A stretch of 64,000 nt of DNA from Candidatus Aenigmatarchaeota archaeon (GCA_018920365.1 JAHLMM010000001.1:199628-263627), one strand, 5' to 3'; counted from the stretch's first letter, positions 29,246-39,583 are shown. Numbers and translations are program-made. The notes: generated by a model from the sequence alone, not told the origin.

Positions 29246-30421
29246 ATGAAATTTGAAGAAATGAATATAGACGAATTAGTATTAAAGTCTATCAAAGAGA
29301 ATGGTATAGATTCACCAACAGATATTCAGTTGAAATCAATACCTTTTATAAAGAATGGTTTTGATGTTATTGGTCAATCAGAAACAGGGTCAGGAAAAAC
29401 AATAGCTTTTGGTTTGCCTATTGTTGAGATGGCTGAAAACAAAGGTTTTTTGCAAGCTTTAATTTTGGCACCAACAAGAGAATTGTCTATTCAAATATCA
29501 AATGAGCTGAAAAAATTATCAAAATACAAAAAGCTAAATATTTCTACAATTTACGGCGGCGTTCCAATCGACAACCAAATTTTAGAATTGAAAAATGCTG
29601 ATATAGTAGTTGGAACTCCTGGTAGAGTACTTGATCATATAAAAAGAGGATCTATGAAATTTGAAAATATAAAGTTTTTTGTTTTGGACGAAGCAGATAA
29701 AATGATTGAAATGGGTTTTATAGAAGACATAAAAAGAATTGAAAGATTTTTGCCAAAAAAAAGACAAACACTCATGTTTAGTGCAACAATGCCAGAATAT
29801 CTTGAAAATATTAGAGACAATTTTACAAATAATCCGATGAAAGTAAAAACCAAAGTCAAAGTTGACGATTCAAGACTTAAACAATATTATGTTGATATTG
29901 AAAGAGAAAATAAATTTTCATTGCTTGTTTTTTTAATAAACAGTGAAATGCCATCAAAATCCATAATCTTTTGCGAATCAAGACGAGATGTTGATGCTAT
30001 TACTGAAAATCTTTTGGTAAACAGAATCAAAGCACAGAAATTGCATGGAGGTTTAAACCAAAAAATGAGAGAAAAAGTGATTTCAAATTTTTATAGCAAT
30101 AAGATACAAATACTCGTAGCTACAGATGTTGCAGCTAGAGGTTTAGATGTCAAGGAAATTTCACATATATTCAACTATAATATACCAAAAAATTCAGAAG
30201 ATTATGTAAACAGAATTGGAAGAACAGCAAGAGCTGGAAAAGCAGGCAAAGTCATAAATTTGTTAAGCAAAGATGATCATAAAAATATGACAAACATTAT
30301 ATCAAGATACTCTTATTCAATAGAAAAAATAGAAAAACCAAACTTTCCTAAATTAAAATTTTTATTCAAATCATTCAGAAATAGCTATACCAAAAATCCT
30401 CATAGGTTTATCAGGCGTTAA
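29246..30421 (+). CDS. DEAD-box ATP-dependent RNA helicase.
   Basis: Q-motif region. Motif I is GQSETGSGKT. Motif Ia is PTREL. Motif II is VLDEADKM (DEAD). Motif III is SAT. Motif VI is HGGLNQKMR…RGLD. Confidence 0.9.
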   Translation: MKFEEMNIDELVLKSIKENGIDSPTDIQLKSIPFIKNGFDVIGQSETGSGKTIAFGLPIVEMAENKGFLQALILAPTRELSIQISNELKKLSKYKKLNISTIYGGVPIDNQILELKNADIVVGTPGRVLDHIKRGSMKFENIKFFVLDEADKMIEMGFIEDIKRIERFLPKKRQTLMFSATMPEYLENIRDNFTNNPMKVKTKVKVDDSRLKQYYVDIERENKFSLLVFLINSEMPSKSIIFCESRRDVDAITENLLVNRIKAQKLHGGLNQKMREKVISNFYSNKIQILVATDVAARGLDVKEISHIFNYNIPKNSEDYVNRIGRTARAGKAGKVINLLSKDDHKNMTNIISRYSYSIEKIEKPNFPKLKFLFKSFRNSYTKNPHRFIRR

Positions 30422-31258
30422 TATTATTACTTTTTCCTTATTGAATGCTATTTTTTTGTCGAATGAAATTTTATTTTCAAACATTTTTGAGTTTATATAT
30501 TGTAATCCAACTAAACACATAACGTTTGTTGGTGCATCACCTTTGTAGAAAATATTTTTTTCAATTTTTACATTAATTTCATTTATACATTCTATGTTCT
30601 TTCCTATTATATCACCTCTTTGAATTTCATCAACTTCAATTCCTTTAAGCGCAAGCCCAACTCTGTCAAAACATTTTGCATTCTCAAAATCCTTATCATT
30701 TATTTGTATAGATTTTATCATGACTTCTTTATTTTGCGGAAATATTTTCATAACATCATATTTTTTTATTTCACCAGAAATAACAGTTCCAAGTATAACA
30801 GTTCCAACACTTTTTACTTGAAATGCATGATCTACTAAAACTTTTGGCTCATCCGATACTATTTCAACATTAAATGATTCTAAATGCTTGATTATTTCGT
30901 GAAAAGATTTTTCCATAATTGGAAAGTTTTTCAGATTTGTGTTTGATATTATATTTTTTAATTCGTTTTCTTCAAAGCCATCTAAAACAATAATTCCATT
31001 CAATTTCAATATGTCTATAGCTAATATACATTCACCCAAAATTTTCTTTTCAATATCTTTTGATACAAATAAAATTACAAAATTTGACATGTTAATTGCT
31101 TGAAACATTGTTTGTATTTTTTCAGGATATTTTTCAGGTTCTATAAAAGTGTAATTTTTACCTTGAAAAGTTAAATTGTATAATGTTATGTCTGAAGTTG
31201 TCCCCCTTTTGCCAAGTTCTTTTCCTAAACCTTTGCTACCAATTATTGCTATATTCAT
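30371..31258 (-). CDS. EF-Tu/EF-1alpha-like protein with a degenerate GTP-binding domain.
   Basis: N-terminus IAIIGSKGLGKELGKRGTTSD resembles a G1 motif but is degenerate. A clear EF-Tu domain-2 beta-barrel follows (VGTVILGTVISGEIKKYDVMKI…RGDIIG). Confidence 0.5.
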   Translation of the reverse strand: MNIAIIGSKGLGKELGKRGTTSDITLYNLTFQGKNYTFIEPEKYPEKIQTMFQAINMSNFVILFVSKDIEKKILGECILAIDILKLNGIIVLDGFEENELKNIISNTNLKNFPIMEKSFHEIIKHLESFNVEIVSDEPKVLVDHAFQVKSVGTVILGTVISGEIKKYDVMKIFPQNKEVMIKSIQINDKDFENAKCFDRVGLALKGIEVDEIQRGDIIGKNIECINEINVKIEKNIFYKGDAPTNVMCLVGLQYINSKMFENKISFDKKIAFNKEKVIILTPDKPMRIFGIAISE

Positions 31259-31335
31259 TAAAAAACCTCTACAATTAAAGAGAAACTAAGTTTTAAATAT
31301 ATAAAAATATAAACGAGATTGTTAATGGTGATTTT

Positions 31336-31572
31336 TTGACTCAAGTAAAAATATATACTACAAGCACATGCCCTTATTGCGAAATGGCAAAGAAATATTT
31401 TAAATCAAAAAATATAGATTTTGAAGAAATCAATGTTCAAGATAACCCTGAGGCTGCTGTTGAGTTAATAGAAAAATCAGGTCAAATGGGAGTTCCTGTT
31501 ATAGAAATAGACAACAAGATAATAATAGGTTTTAATAGAAACGCCATAGAAAGAGCTTTGGAGTCGAATTAG
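31336..31572 (+). CDS. Glutaredoxin-like protein (CPYC).
   Basis: The text IYTTSTCPYCEMAKKYF…GVPVIEIDNKIIIGFN is a glutaredoxin/NrdH fold with the CPYC active site. A TTG start is inferred. Confidence 0.7.
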   Translation: MTQVKIYTTSTCPYCEMAKKYFKSKNIDFEEINVQDNPEAAVELIEKSGQMGVPVIEIDNKIIIGFNRNAIERALESN

Positions 31573-31573
31573 T

Positions 31574-32509
31574 TTATTCTAAAAATTCAACTTCATCTAT
31601 AATTCCGTCTGAATCTTCATCAACACCTTTGACAACCTTTGCTATAGACTTGCTGTCATTTATGTTCCCTGACTGTATTTCTGTTGAATGCTTTATTAGC
31701 GCGATGGTTGCAGACAAAGTTCCTCTGAAACCCATTCCAGAAAGGAATAATACTTCCCTTTCTTCATTAAAAGGGTTTTTTATTCTACAAATAACTCCTA
31801 TTTCCTTTTCTCTGTAAGTTTTTTTTGACAAAGTTGATATTATTGTCCAATCCTTTATTTCTTCAGAATAATCAAAGTAAATTGGTAACTTTTCATTTAT
31901 TTTTTGAGTAATTATGTTTGTTTTTGGCCCGCCGACCAATATCAAATTTTTCTTCAAATCCGATTCATTAACTTGAGTATCAAGCTTGTAAATTGGTAGA
32001 TTTATTTTGTTTATAAACTGTCCAAAATATGTGCCCAATAATATAACCGAATAACCATCAGAAGCAGATGCTTTATATTTTCCATGAGGATCTGGGCTAC
32101 CTACTATTATTAGCGAATTTAATTTTGCATCTTGAATGAATGGTGATAGAAATTTTGTTTCCAAAGGTTTTGTTTTTATAGAATAATAATGATCCTCATC
32201 AAAAATTTTGAATGATATTGACGGGGATGTTAAAGAATATATTTTTGCCGTTGCACCAACCCTCTCTTCAACTCTTTCCAATTTTATAAAACCATACTTC
32301 TCTAATCTTCTTATATGATAGTATATTTTTTGTTCATGTTGTTTTAATTTTCTAGCTATATCAATTGCACATTGTGGTGAATTTGTCAACTCTTTAAGTA
32401 TTTTAAATGATAAATCAGATGACAAAGCAGACAGAGCCTTTTTGTCTTTAATCATCAAAGTATTGAATATTTTTTGTCCTTTGCCTGTTTCTTCAACTAA
32501 AAACTCCAT
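31574..32509 (-). CDS. Winged-HTH transcriptional regulator with an uncharacterised C-terminal domain.
   Basis: N-terminal wHTH (LSFKILKELTNSPQCAIDIARKLKQHEQKIYYHIRRLEKYGFI). About 200 aa follow. They contain repeated LI(I/L)VG(S/G)P motifs. Confidence 0.5.
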   Translation of the reverse strand: MEFLVEETGKGQKIFNTLMIKDKKALSALSSDLSFKILKELTNSPQCAIDIARKLKQHEQKIYYHIRRLEKYGFIKLERVEERVGATAKIYSLTSPSISFKIFDEDHYYSIKTKPLETKFLSPFIQDAKLNSLIIVGSPDPHGKYKASASDGYSVILLGTYFGQFINKINLPIYKLDTQVNESDLKKNLILVGGPKTNIITQKINEKLPIYFDYSEEIKDWTIISTLSKKTYREKEIGVICRIKNPFNEEREVLFLSGMGFRGTLSATIALIKHSTEIQSGNINDSKSIAKVVKGVDEDSDGIIDEVEFLE

Positions 32510-32650
32510 ATATTAAAATATAATATAAAACATTATAAACTTTATTTTAATGGTTAAGCTAAATTTTTTGACTAATTTTTAGAAAAATTTTCTTTTTTGT
32601 TATGAATTTTTTAGGAATTTTTTATATAGATTTTTTAACAATTTTTATTA

Positions 32651-32708
32651 GCAGAGTTAAGAGGGGGCAAAACCTTCGGGGTGGGCAATAAAATTTCGCG
32701 CCCCCTTA
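32651..32708. other. GC-rich inverted repeat / stable hairpin in an AT-rich intergenic region upstream of glmS.
   Basis: Sequence TTAAGAGGGGGC…(CC-TTCG-GG)…GCGCCCCCTTAA. It has a ~10-bp GC-rich outer stem and an inner C(UUCG)G tetraloop hairpin. Confidence 0.3.
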
Positions 32709-32754
32709 AAAAATATTCAATTCTAAATTTTGCATTTCGGCGAATTGTGATTTA

Positions 32755-34491
32755 ATGTGCGGAATATTTGGTTATTTTGGAAATGATGCAATGAAAAAAA
32801 CAATAGATGCTTTAAGTTTTCTTGAATATAGAGGATATGATTCTACAGGAGTTGCATTCTTACAATAAGACAATCTAGTCATATTAAAATATCTAGGATC
32901 ACCATCCAAAGTATCATGGAATGTAAGACCTAGTTCTGCTTGCATAGGTCATACTAGATGGGCTACTCATGGAAAAGTGACTATACAAAATGCTCATCCA
33001 CATACTGATTGCTATAATAGAATAGCAGTAGTTCACAACGGTACACTTGAAAATTACATAGAAATAAAGAAAGAACTTGAATCAAAAGGCCATAAATTTA
33101 ATTCAGAAACAGATACAGAAGTTATATCACATCTCATAGAAGAAAATGTTCAATGTGGAATACCTTTAAGAGATGCAATAATAAAATCTTTGAGAGATAT
33201 AAAAGGATCTTACGCAATAGCTGTTTTAAGCAAATATGATCCGAGAATTGTAGTAGCAAGAAATTCAAACCCAATTTTTGTGGGATTAGACGGGATTAAC
33301 AGATGCATATGTTCTGATATACCTACGTTGAGTTTGTATTCTGAAAGTATGATACCTTTGGATCCTTATGAAATTGCTTTTGTTGGTGATAGCGTTGAGA
33401 TTTATGATTTTAGTGGTGAAAGAATTGAAAGGAAACCCATTCAAATTAAATCAATTAAAAATAGAATATCTTTGGAAGGATATAAGACATACACAGAAAA
33501 GGAAATTTTTGAGCAACCTCAAGCATTATCTGATTGTTCTACTGTAACTGAAAATGAATTAAAGCCAATAGTTGATTCTATATTAAACTCAAACAGATTA
33601 TACATAGTTGGTGCTGGTACTTCTTATCATGCCGCTCTAATAGGAAGTTATATTTTTCGAGATGCTGGTATATTAAGTGAATCAATACAATCCCAAGAAT
33701 TTCCATTTAAATCAGTTGTTGATAGTAAAACAACATGTATTTTTCTTTCTCAGTCAGGAACAACTGCAGATACAAATAATGCAATAAATTATGCTAGCCG
33801 TGCGAGAAAAATAGGCATAGTGAATGTTTTTGGAAGTGAAATGGAAAAATATGTCGATTATGTTGCATATACAAGAGCTGGACCTGAAATAGGTGTTGCT
33901 TCAACAAAAAATTTTTTAAACCAAGTATATTTGCTTAATCTTTTGTTTTTGAAAATATGTGAACGAAGAAACATTGAAGTTAGCTACGTTAAACGAGATT
34001 TTTATAATATGCCTAGATATGTTGAAGAAATATTAAGAAACGGTGTACCAGAAAAAATAATACTACAACTATTGCAAAACAATCCAATATTTTTAGGTTT
34101 AGGGCCAAGCTACCCAGTTGCATTGGAAGCTGCATTAAAATTTAAAGAGCTTACATATATGGATGCTATTGCTTATTTCTCAGGTGAATTAAAACACGGT
34201 CCGTTGGCAACTGTTTTTGAGGGAAGAAATATCGTATCTATAAATCCAGAACAAAACAAAACAACTAAAATAAATTTGGAAGAAGCAAAATCAAGAGGAG
34301 CTAAAATAATAAACATAGGATCTGAAAATGAATTGTATGATTTTTGCATCAATGTACCAAATGTTTCAATTTCTTTAACTCCAATAGTTTCAATAATTCC
34401 AGCCCAATTGTTCGCATTAAAAGTTGCTGAGAAACTAGGCAGAGAAATTGATAAACCTAGAAATTTAGCAAAAAGTGTTACAGTTGAATAG
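32755..34491 (+). CDS. glmS: Glutamine—fructose-6-phosphate aminotransferase, interrupted by one in-frame TAA at 32866–32868.
   Basis: The start is ATG-TGC…, giving MCGIFGYFGNDAMKK…GYDSTGVAFLQ. After the stop the text continues NLVILKYLG…HTRWATHG in the same frame as the tracked ORF 32977–34491. Two C-terminal SIS domains are present (LSQSGTTADT). The protein ends …VTVE. Confidence 0.8.
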
Positions 34492-34492
34492 T

Positions 34493-36208
34493 CTACATTA
34501 TTTCAGGCGCTTCTATTCCAAGAATCCTGAAACAATTTTCTAAAACTATTTTTGTTGATTTTGTCAAACTCAACCTAAAGTTTTTCTTGTCTTCATTTTC
34601 CGCTTTCAAGACAGGACATGAATGATAAAATTCACTGAAACAAACAGCCAAATCATAAACATAATTACATATTAAATTTACTTTCAACTCTTTTTCTGCT
34701 TGAATAACAACATCAGGAAATTCTATCAGTTTTTTCAAAAGCAATTTTTCCTTCTCATCGAAATCATTTATCTTAAATTTCTTTATCATTTTATTTTTTT
34801 CTAAAATACTTTTGCATCTTATATATGCATACTGTATATATGGTCCTGTATTTCCATCAAAACTTAGCATCTTTTCCCAGTCAAATGTAATCAAATTTTT
34901 TGTGTCTATTTTAAGTATGGCATATCTTAATGCACCTATTGCTATTTTTCTTGCAATATCCCTTTTCTTTTTTTCAGGAAGTTTGTTCCTTTTTTCAGTC
35001 TCTTTTAATGCAAGTTTTTCAAGCTCTTCTATGACTTGATCAAGCATTATGGCTCTACCTTCTCTTGACGACATTTTACCTTCAGGTAAAACAACATGTT
35101 CAAATGATAGATGATGACAATTTTCAACCCATTTGTATCCTAAAAGTTCAAGCGTTTTAAAAATCTGTGAAAAGTATAATTTTTGTTGTGATGAAACAAC
35201 CCAAATAGATTTATCAAGATTATATTTTTTAAATTTGTGCAAAGTTAATCCAAGATCGCTTGTTTGATATAAGCCAGTGCCGTCAGATCTAAGTAATACA
35301 AAATTAGGTAATCCATGCTTTTCTAAATCAGCAACTATTGTCTGATTTTCTGATTTAAATGCAACACCTCTTTTTAATGCTTCACTAACAAGTCTTTTAC
35401 CTAAATCCCTATAATCGCTTTCATAAAAGTAAATATCAAAATCAACACCGATTTTCTTGTAAGTTTCTTTAAATCCATCAATACACCAATTTACTATTTT
35501 TCTCCATAATTCTGATACATGTTTATCTTTTTCCAATTCAAACTTTCTTAGCATCTCTCTTGCCTTTTCTTCGAGCTCTGGTTTTTCTTTTGCTTCTTTA
35601 TGAAATTTTACATAGAAATCCCATAGCCACAAATCTGCTTTACCTTTTGGTTTTTGATTATTACCCCAAAGTGTATATGCAGTAACAAGTTTTGAAACCT
35701 GAAAACCCATATCATTCATATAGTTTGCTCTTATTACATTATACCCATTAAATTCAAGTAAATTTGAAAGAGCATCGCCCAACAGAGTAGTTCTTGCATG
35801 TCCTATATGCATTGGATGAACAGGATTAGGTTGTGAAAACTCTACCATTGCTTTTTTACCTTTTCCTATTTCAGACTTGCCATAATTCTTGTTTTTATTT
35901 ATAATCTCTTTTATTGTCAATTCAGATATTTTAGAGTAATTGAAAAAGAAATTTATGTAAGCACCAACTACCTCAACCTTTCCAAAAAGTGAATTTTTGA
36001 TATCAATTTTTTTGGCTATTTCATTAGCTATTTCATTAGGATTTTTTCTCAATTTTTTTGCCAGTTGAAAAGCAATTTTGCAGCTTAAATCTCCAAATTC
36101 TTTTTTTGCTGGTACTTCTATGCTGCTTTCTATATCCTCATATTTGACATAGTCTATTTTTTTCAACAGTTTAACTATTTCTTGCTTTGACTTTTTGTTT
36201 AGATTCAT
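34493..36208 (-). CDS. argS: Arginine—tRNA ligase.
   Basis: The class-I HIGH motif is PMHIGHARTTLLGDAL. An anticodon-binding DALR-type C-terminal domain is present. The protein is 571 aa. Confidence 0.9.
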   Translation of the reverse strand: MNLNKKSKQEIVKLLKKIDYVKYEDIESSIEVPAKKEFGDLSCKIAFQLAKKLRKNPNEIANEIAKKIDIKNSLFGKVEVVGAYINFFFNYSKISELTIKEIINKNKNYGKSEIGKGKKAMVEFSQPNPVHPMHIGHARTTLLGDALSNLLEFNGYNVIRANYMNDMGFQVSKLVTAYTLWGNNQKPKGKADLWLWDFYVKFHKEAKEKPELEEKAREMLRKFELEKDKHVSELWRKIVNWCIDGFKETYKKIGVDFDIYFYESDYRDLGKRLVSEALKRGVAFKSENQTIVADLEKHGLPNFVLLRSDGTGLYQTSDLGLTLHKFKKYNLDKSIWVVSSQQKLYFSQIFKTLELLGYKWVENCHHLSFEHVVLPEGKMSSREGRAIMLDQVIEELEKLALKETEKRNKLPEKKKRDIARKIAIGALRYAILKIDTKNLITFDWEKMLSFDGNTGPYIQYAYIRCKSILEKNKMIKKFKINDFDEKEKLLLKKLIEFPDVVIQAEKELKVNLICNYVYDLAVCFSEFYHSCPVLKAENEDKKNFRLSLTKSTKIVLENCFRILGIEAPEIM

Positions 36209-37040
36209 AATACCACGCTAATAAAAATAAAATAAGTTCAAACAATATAAACAATATAGTTATTAAAAGGATGACGATATTTTCATTGTAAATTTTCAAA
36301 ATCAAGATATTTACTAAACCAAAAATATAGAACGGCATTCTTATAGCAAATGAGAACAATTCTAACTTTATTTTTTTATGTTCAAGCCTTATAAAAAGTA
36401 AGAAAATGGAAGCAAAAATAGCCAATGTAATAAACTGTTGTTGTTTATCAAAGCCTGCGATTTTATTTATTGAGTTTATTGCTAGAAATAAAAACAGAAA
36501 GATTGAATAGCTTGCCAGCAGCGTCATCGTTGATTTTATCAAAAAATTAATTTTTTTGGTTTTTAAAATTTCATATACAGTATAGAATACAAACGAAACT
36601 AAAAGCCAACCTAAATAATTATTTGCAGGTACCCCGAAAAAACCTTCATTGAATTTATAACCATTCCAATACCAATAGTAAAGCCTTATAGCAACTATAT
36701 CCAACGAAAGATCAATCATTAGAACGAGTAATGATGAAACAAAGAATGTTGAATAATATTTTATTGGAATGTTTTGTGATATTTTTTTACTTGAATATAT
36801 TATAATTGACCAAGATAAAACAACAAACAAAGGCACGTGAAGTATATTGAAAGTAAAATTTTTGTTATAATAATAGCTGCCTGGTTGATCTTGGGAAAGA
36901 ATTATGTTCATATTTTCAAATAGTATGGCATAAATTACTGAAATAATGAAAAAATTCAATTCTTTTTTATCTTTTTTTAATATGTAAATCAAAGTAACTA
37001 AAAAAAGCAAGACTATTCCAAATTCGACAAATATAAACAT
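36171..37040 (-). CDS. Polytopic integral membrane protein (unknown function).
   Basis: Eight or more hydrophobic helices. No recognisable catalytic motif. Confidence 0.4.
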   Translation of the reverse strand: MFIFVEFGIVLLFLVTLIYILKKDKKELNFFIISVIYAILFENMNIILSQDQPGSYYYNKNFTFNILHVPLFVVLSWSIIIYSSKKISQNIPIKYYSTFFVSSLLVLMIDLSLDIVAIRLYYWYWNGYKFNEGFFGVPANNYLGWLLVSFVFYTVYEILKTKKINFLIKSTMTLLASYSIFLFLFLAINSINKIAGFDKQQQFITLAIFASIFLLFIRLEHKKIKLELFSFAIRMPFYIFGLVNILILKIYNENIVILLITILFILFELILFLLAWYYESKQKVKARNS

Positions 37041-37128
37041 TAGTAAAGGTTTTAAATTTTGATATTTTAATTATTTTTTAATGTCTAAAAAAAGAACAAC
37101 CCCATAAATCTATTTCTTTTGCTAGACA

Positions 37129-38094
37129 TTGCTTTTAATAGGTGTTTTTATGGTAAAGGTAAAAGATATAAAGTGGAAGAAAGGCGTTAGAGTAAGCGAA
37201 TTGGTAAAGCATTTATCTACAACTGGCTTTCAAGCAGTTGAACTAGGTAAAGCAGTAGAATGTATTGCAAAAATGAAAAGAGAAAATGCAAAAATATATT
37301 TTACATTCACGTCAAATATGGTTACAACTGGCTTGAGAGGGTTCTTTGCACAATTAATAAAGCTGAGAATGGTAGATGTTGCCATAACAACTGTTGGCAG
37401 CATTGAAGAAGATATAATGAAGGCTATAGGCGAGGATTTTTATATAGGAAATTATTCTGCCGATGATGTTGGGTTGCATGAGAAAGGAATAAACAGGGTT
37501 GGAAATCTTTTAATACGAAATGAAAGTTATGAAAAATTTGAATCATATATGCTTGATGTTTTGAGAAAACTGTATGAAAAGCAAAACAGATATAGTGTGA
37601 CCGAAATGCTTAAAGAGATTGGATTAATGATAAAGGATGAGAATTCTATATTATATCAAGCGGCAAAAAACAATGTTCCTATATTTTGTCCAGCAATAAC
37701 TGATGGTGCATTTGGTTTTCATCTTTTTATGTTTCAGCAAGATCATAAAGACTTTATAATTGACGTTGTGAAAGACTTTGCTGATCTGATTTTCAGCTCA
37801 ACCCATGACGACAAAAAAGGTATAATAGCTTTGGGTGGAGGAGTTTCAAAGCATCATGCTATCTTAGGGACGTTGCTGAATGGCGGTGCTGATTATGCTG
37901 TCTATATGACAACTGCTCATGAATATTCTGGTAGTTTAAGTGGTGCAACTACAAGAGAAGCTAAGAGTTGGGGAAAAATTAAAGACGCAGCCGATGCAGT
38001 AACTGTCATAGGCGATGTTAGCATAACTTTTCCATTGGCAATGATGAGTGTTTTAGATATACTTTCAGATGAGGGGATAATAAATGAAGAGTAG
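37129..38094 (+). CDS. dys: Deoxyhypusine synthase.
   Basis: The text FTFTSNMVTTGLRGFFAQLIK…VTTVGSIEED…ALGGGVSKHHAI matches the DHS family. The length is archaeal DHS-like. Confidence 0.85.
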   Translation: MLLIGVFMVKVKDIKWKKGVRVSELVKHLSTTGFQAVELGKAVECIAKMKRENAKIYFTFTSNMVTTGLRGFFAQLIKLRMVDVAITTVGSIEEDIMKAIGEDFYIGNYSADDVGLHEKGINRVGNLLIRNESYEKFESYMLDVLRKLYEKQNRYSVTEMLKEIGLMIKDENSILYQAAKNNVPIFCPAITDGAFGFHLFMFQQDHKDFIIDVVKDFADLIFSSTHDDKKGIIALGGGVSKHHAILGTLLNGGADYAVYMTTAHEYSGSLSGATTREAKSWGKIKDAADAVTVIGDVSITFPLAMMSVLDILSDEGIINEE

Positions 38095-39112
38095 ATTTAT
38101 TGTCAGCAAAAGCAAGCTTTTGTCTCAATATAAAATACTGAAAGATTTGGGTTTAGATGTTTCTTATAGCTTGAAAACTTTTCCAGAAATAGCTCATATA
38201 CTTGAAGAAGAGACAGATAGCTTTTTTACAATTCATATGATGGAATCTTTTAGTTTTGTAAAGGATTATAGGAGAATTTGGTTTGTAGCTCAAGCTTGGT
38301 CAAAAGAACAGATAAAAGAAATGATAGAAAACAAAGTGACAAATTTCATAGTTGACAATGAGGCTGATTTGAATGTTTTAATTGATTATTTAAAACACAC
38401 AGATAAAAAAATAAACTTGTTATTGAGACTTAAAATGAGAGAGCATACAATACATACGGGAAAATATTTCGTTTTTGGAATGTATTCAAAACAAATAAAT
38501 GAGTGGATACCAAAATTGAGAAAAATAAAAAACATAGAAAAGTTAGGAATTCATTTTCACAGAAAAACACAAAATACAAGCGAATGGAATATAAAAGACG
38601 AATTAACACAAATGGTTGACAAAAATGTTTGGGATGTTATTGATATTGTCAACATAGGTGGCGGCTTGCCTGTGGATTACAAAAATACTACAGCAAGAAA
38701 TATTGATTTTATTTTTCAGAAAATTATTGAATTTCGAGATTGGCTGAAAGAAAGAAATATAAAAATTATAATAGAGCCGGGAAGATTTTTAGCAGCACCT
38801 CCAACAAAACTTGAAACAGAAATACTTGCAATTCATGAAAATAATATAATAGTTGATGCATCTGTTTACAACGGTTCTATGGACAGTATTATAATACCAA
38901 TAAAACTTTTAGTAGAGGGTGAAGTTGAGGAAGGAGAGAATTATGTAATAAAAGGCTGCACGCCATGCTCGATGGACATATTTAGATATGATGTCAAATT
39001 AAAAGAAAAACCAAAAGTTGGCGACAAAATTGTTTTTCTAAATGCAGGTGCTTATTGCTTTACAACTGATTTTTGTAATTTGCCAAAATTACCTGTTGTT
39101 TTTGTTGATTAA
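38084..39112 (+). CDS. Fold-type III PLP-dependent decarboxylase (Orn/Arg/DAP decarboxylase-like). This is probably a polyamine-pathway enzyme.
   Basis: GGG loop (DIVNIGGGLP). EPGR motif (IIEPGRFLAAPP). GCTPCSMD resembles the CESxD motif. The gene overlaps the DHS gene. Confidence 0.55.
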   Translation: MKSRFIVSKSKLLSQYKILKDLGLDVSYSLKTFPEIAHILEEETDSFFTIHMMESFSFVKDYRRIWFVAQAWSKEQIKEMIENKVTNFIVDNEADLNVLIDYLKHTDKKINLLLRLKMREHTIHTGKYFVFGMYSKQINEWIPKLRKIKNIEKLGIHFHRKTQNTSEWNIKDELTQMVDKNVWDVIDIVNIGGGLPVDYKNTTARNIDFIFQKIIEFRDWLKERNIKIIIEPGRFLAAPPTKLETEILAIHENNIIVDASVYNGSMDSIIIPIKLLVEGEVEEGENYVIKGCTPCSMDIFRYDVKLKEKPKVGDKIVFLNAGAYCFTTDFCNLPKLPVVFVD

Positions 39113-39169
39113 TTATTTTTTCTTTGTAGATTTTTTCGAACCACAACCACAACAACCCATAATATTCAC

Positions 39170-39583
39170 CTATTCTTCAAGTCTTTTGAACTCTTCCCAA
39201 TGTTCAATCTCATCTTCCAGTATTTCCTCTATTGCTTCATATATTTTTATGTCATCTATGTGATTCAATTTTTTCAAAATTTTTTTGTACATTTCTATTG
39301 CATCTTCTTCAGCCTTAGCATTAACTTGTATCATTTTTTTCAAATCTTTTACAAGAGTTCTTTCATCAACGTCCATTGTTGGCGTCCCGCCAAGCCAGAA
39401 TATCCTTTCTCTCAATATTTCTGCGTGTTTCATCTCTTCCTCAGCTATATGCTTTAATGTAGTTATAACAACATCTGCATCTAAACCTTTAGCAATTGTT
39501 GCGTGTGTTAAATATTGTATTACTGCTTGATATTCTGTTGTCAAAGCGTGATTTAAGTCTTTTAAAATCTCTTCTTTATTCAT
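39170..39583 (-). CDS. Ferritin-like diiron-domain protein (bacterioferritin/rubrerythrin-like).
   Basis: Paired ExxH motifs (EEEMKHAE, EDEIEHWE) are present. The text ELNHALTTEYQAVIQYL is ferritin-like helix A. Confidence 0.6.
   Translation of the reverse strand: MNKEEILKDLNHALTTEYQAVIQYLTHATIAKGLDADVVITTLKHIAEEEMKHAEILRERIFWLGGTPTMDVDERTLVKDLKKMIQVNAKAEEDAIEMYKKILKKLNHIDDIKIYEAIEEILEDEIEHWEEFKRLEE

Noticed and set aside
32651-32708. glmS ribozyme upstream of glmS.
   Set aside because: The element is ~58 nt. The glmS ribozyme is ~170 nt with a conserved pseudoknotted core and is restricted to Gram-positive bacteria. Only a generic hairpin is supported.
32866-32868. Stop-codon reassignment (TAA as sense) to explain the glmS in-frame stop.
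   Set aside because: TAA terminates many confidently called genes in this window (histone, DHS and others). Global recoding is therefore excluded. A local error, pseudogenisation or readthrough remain possible.
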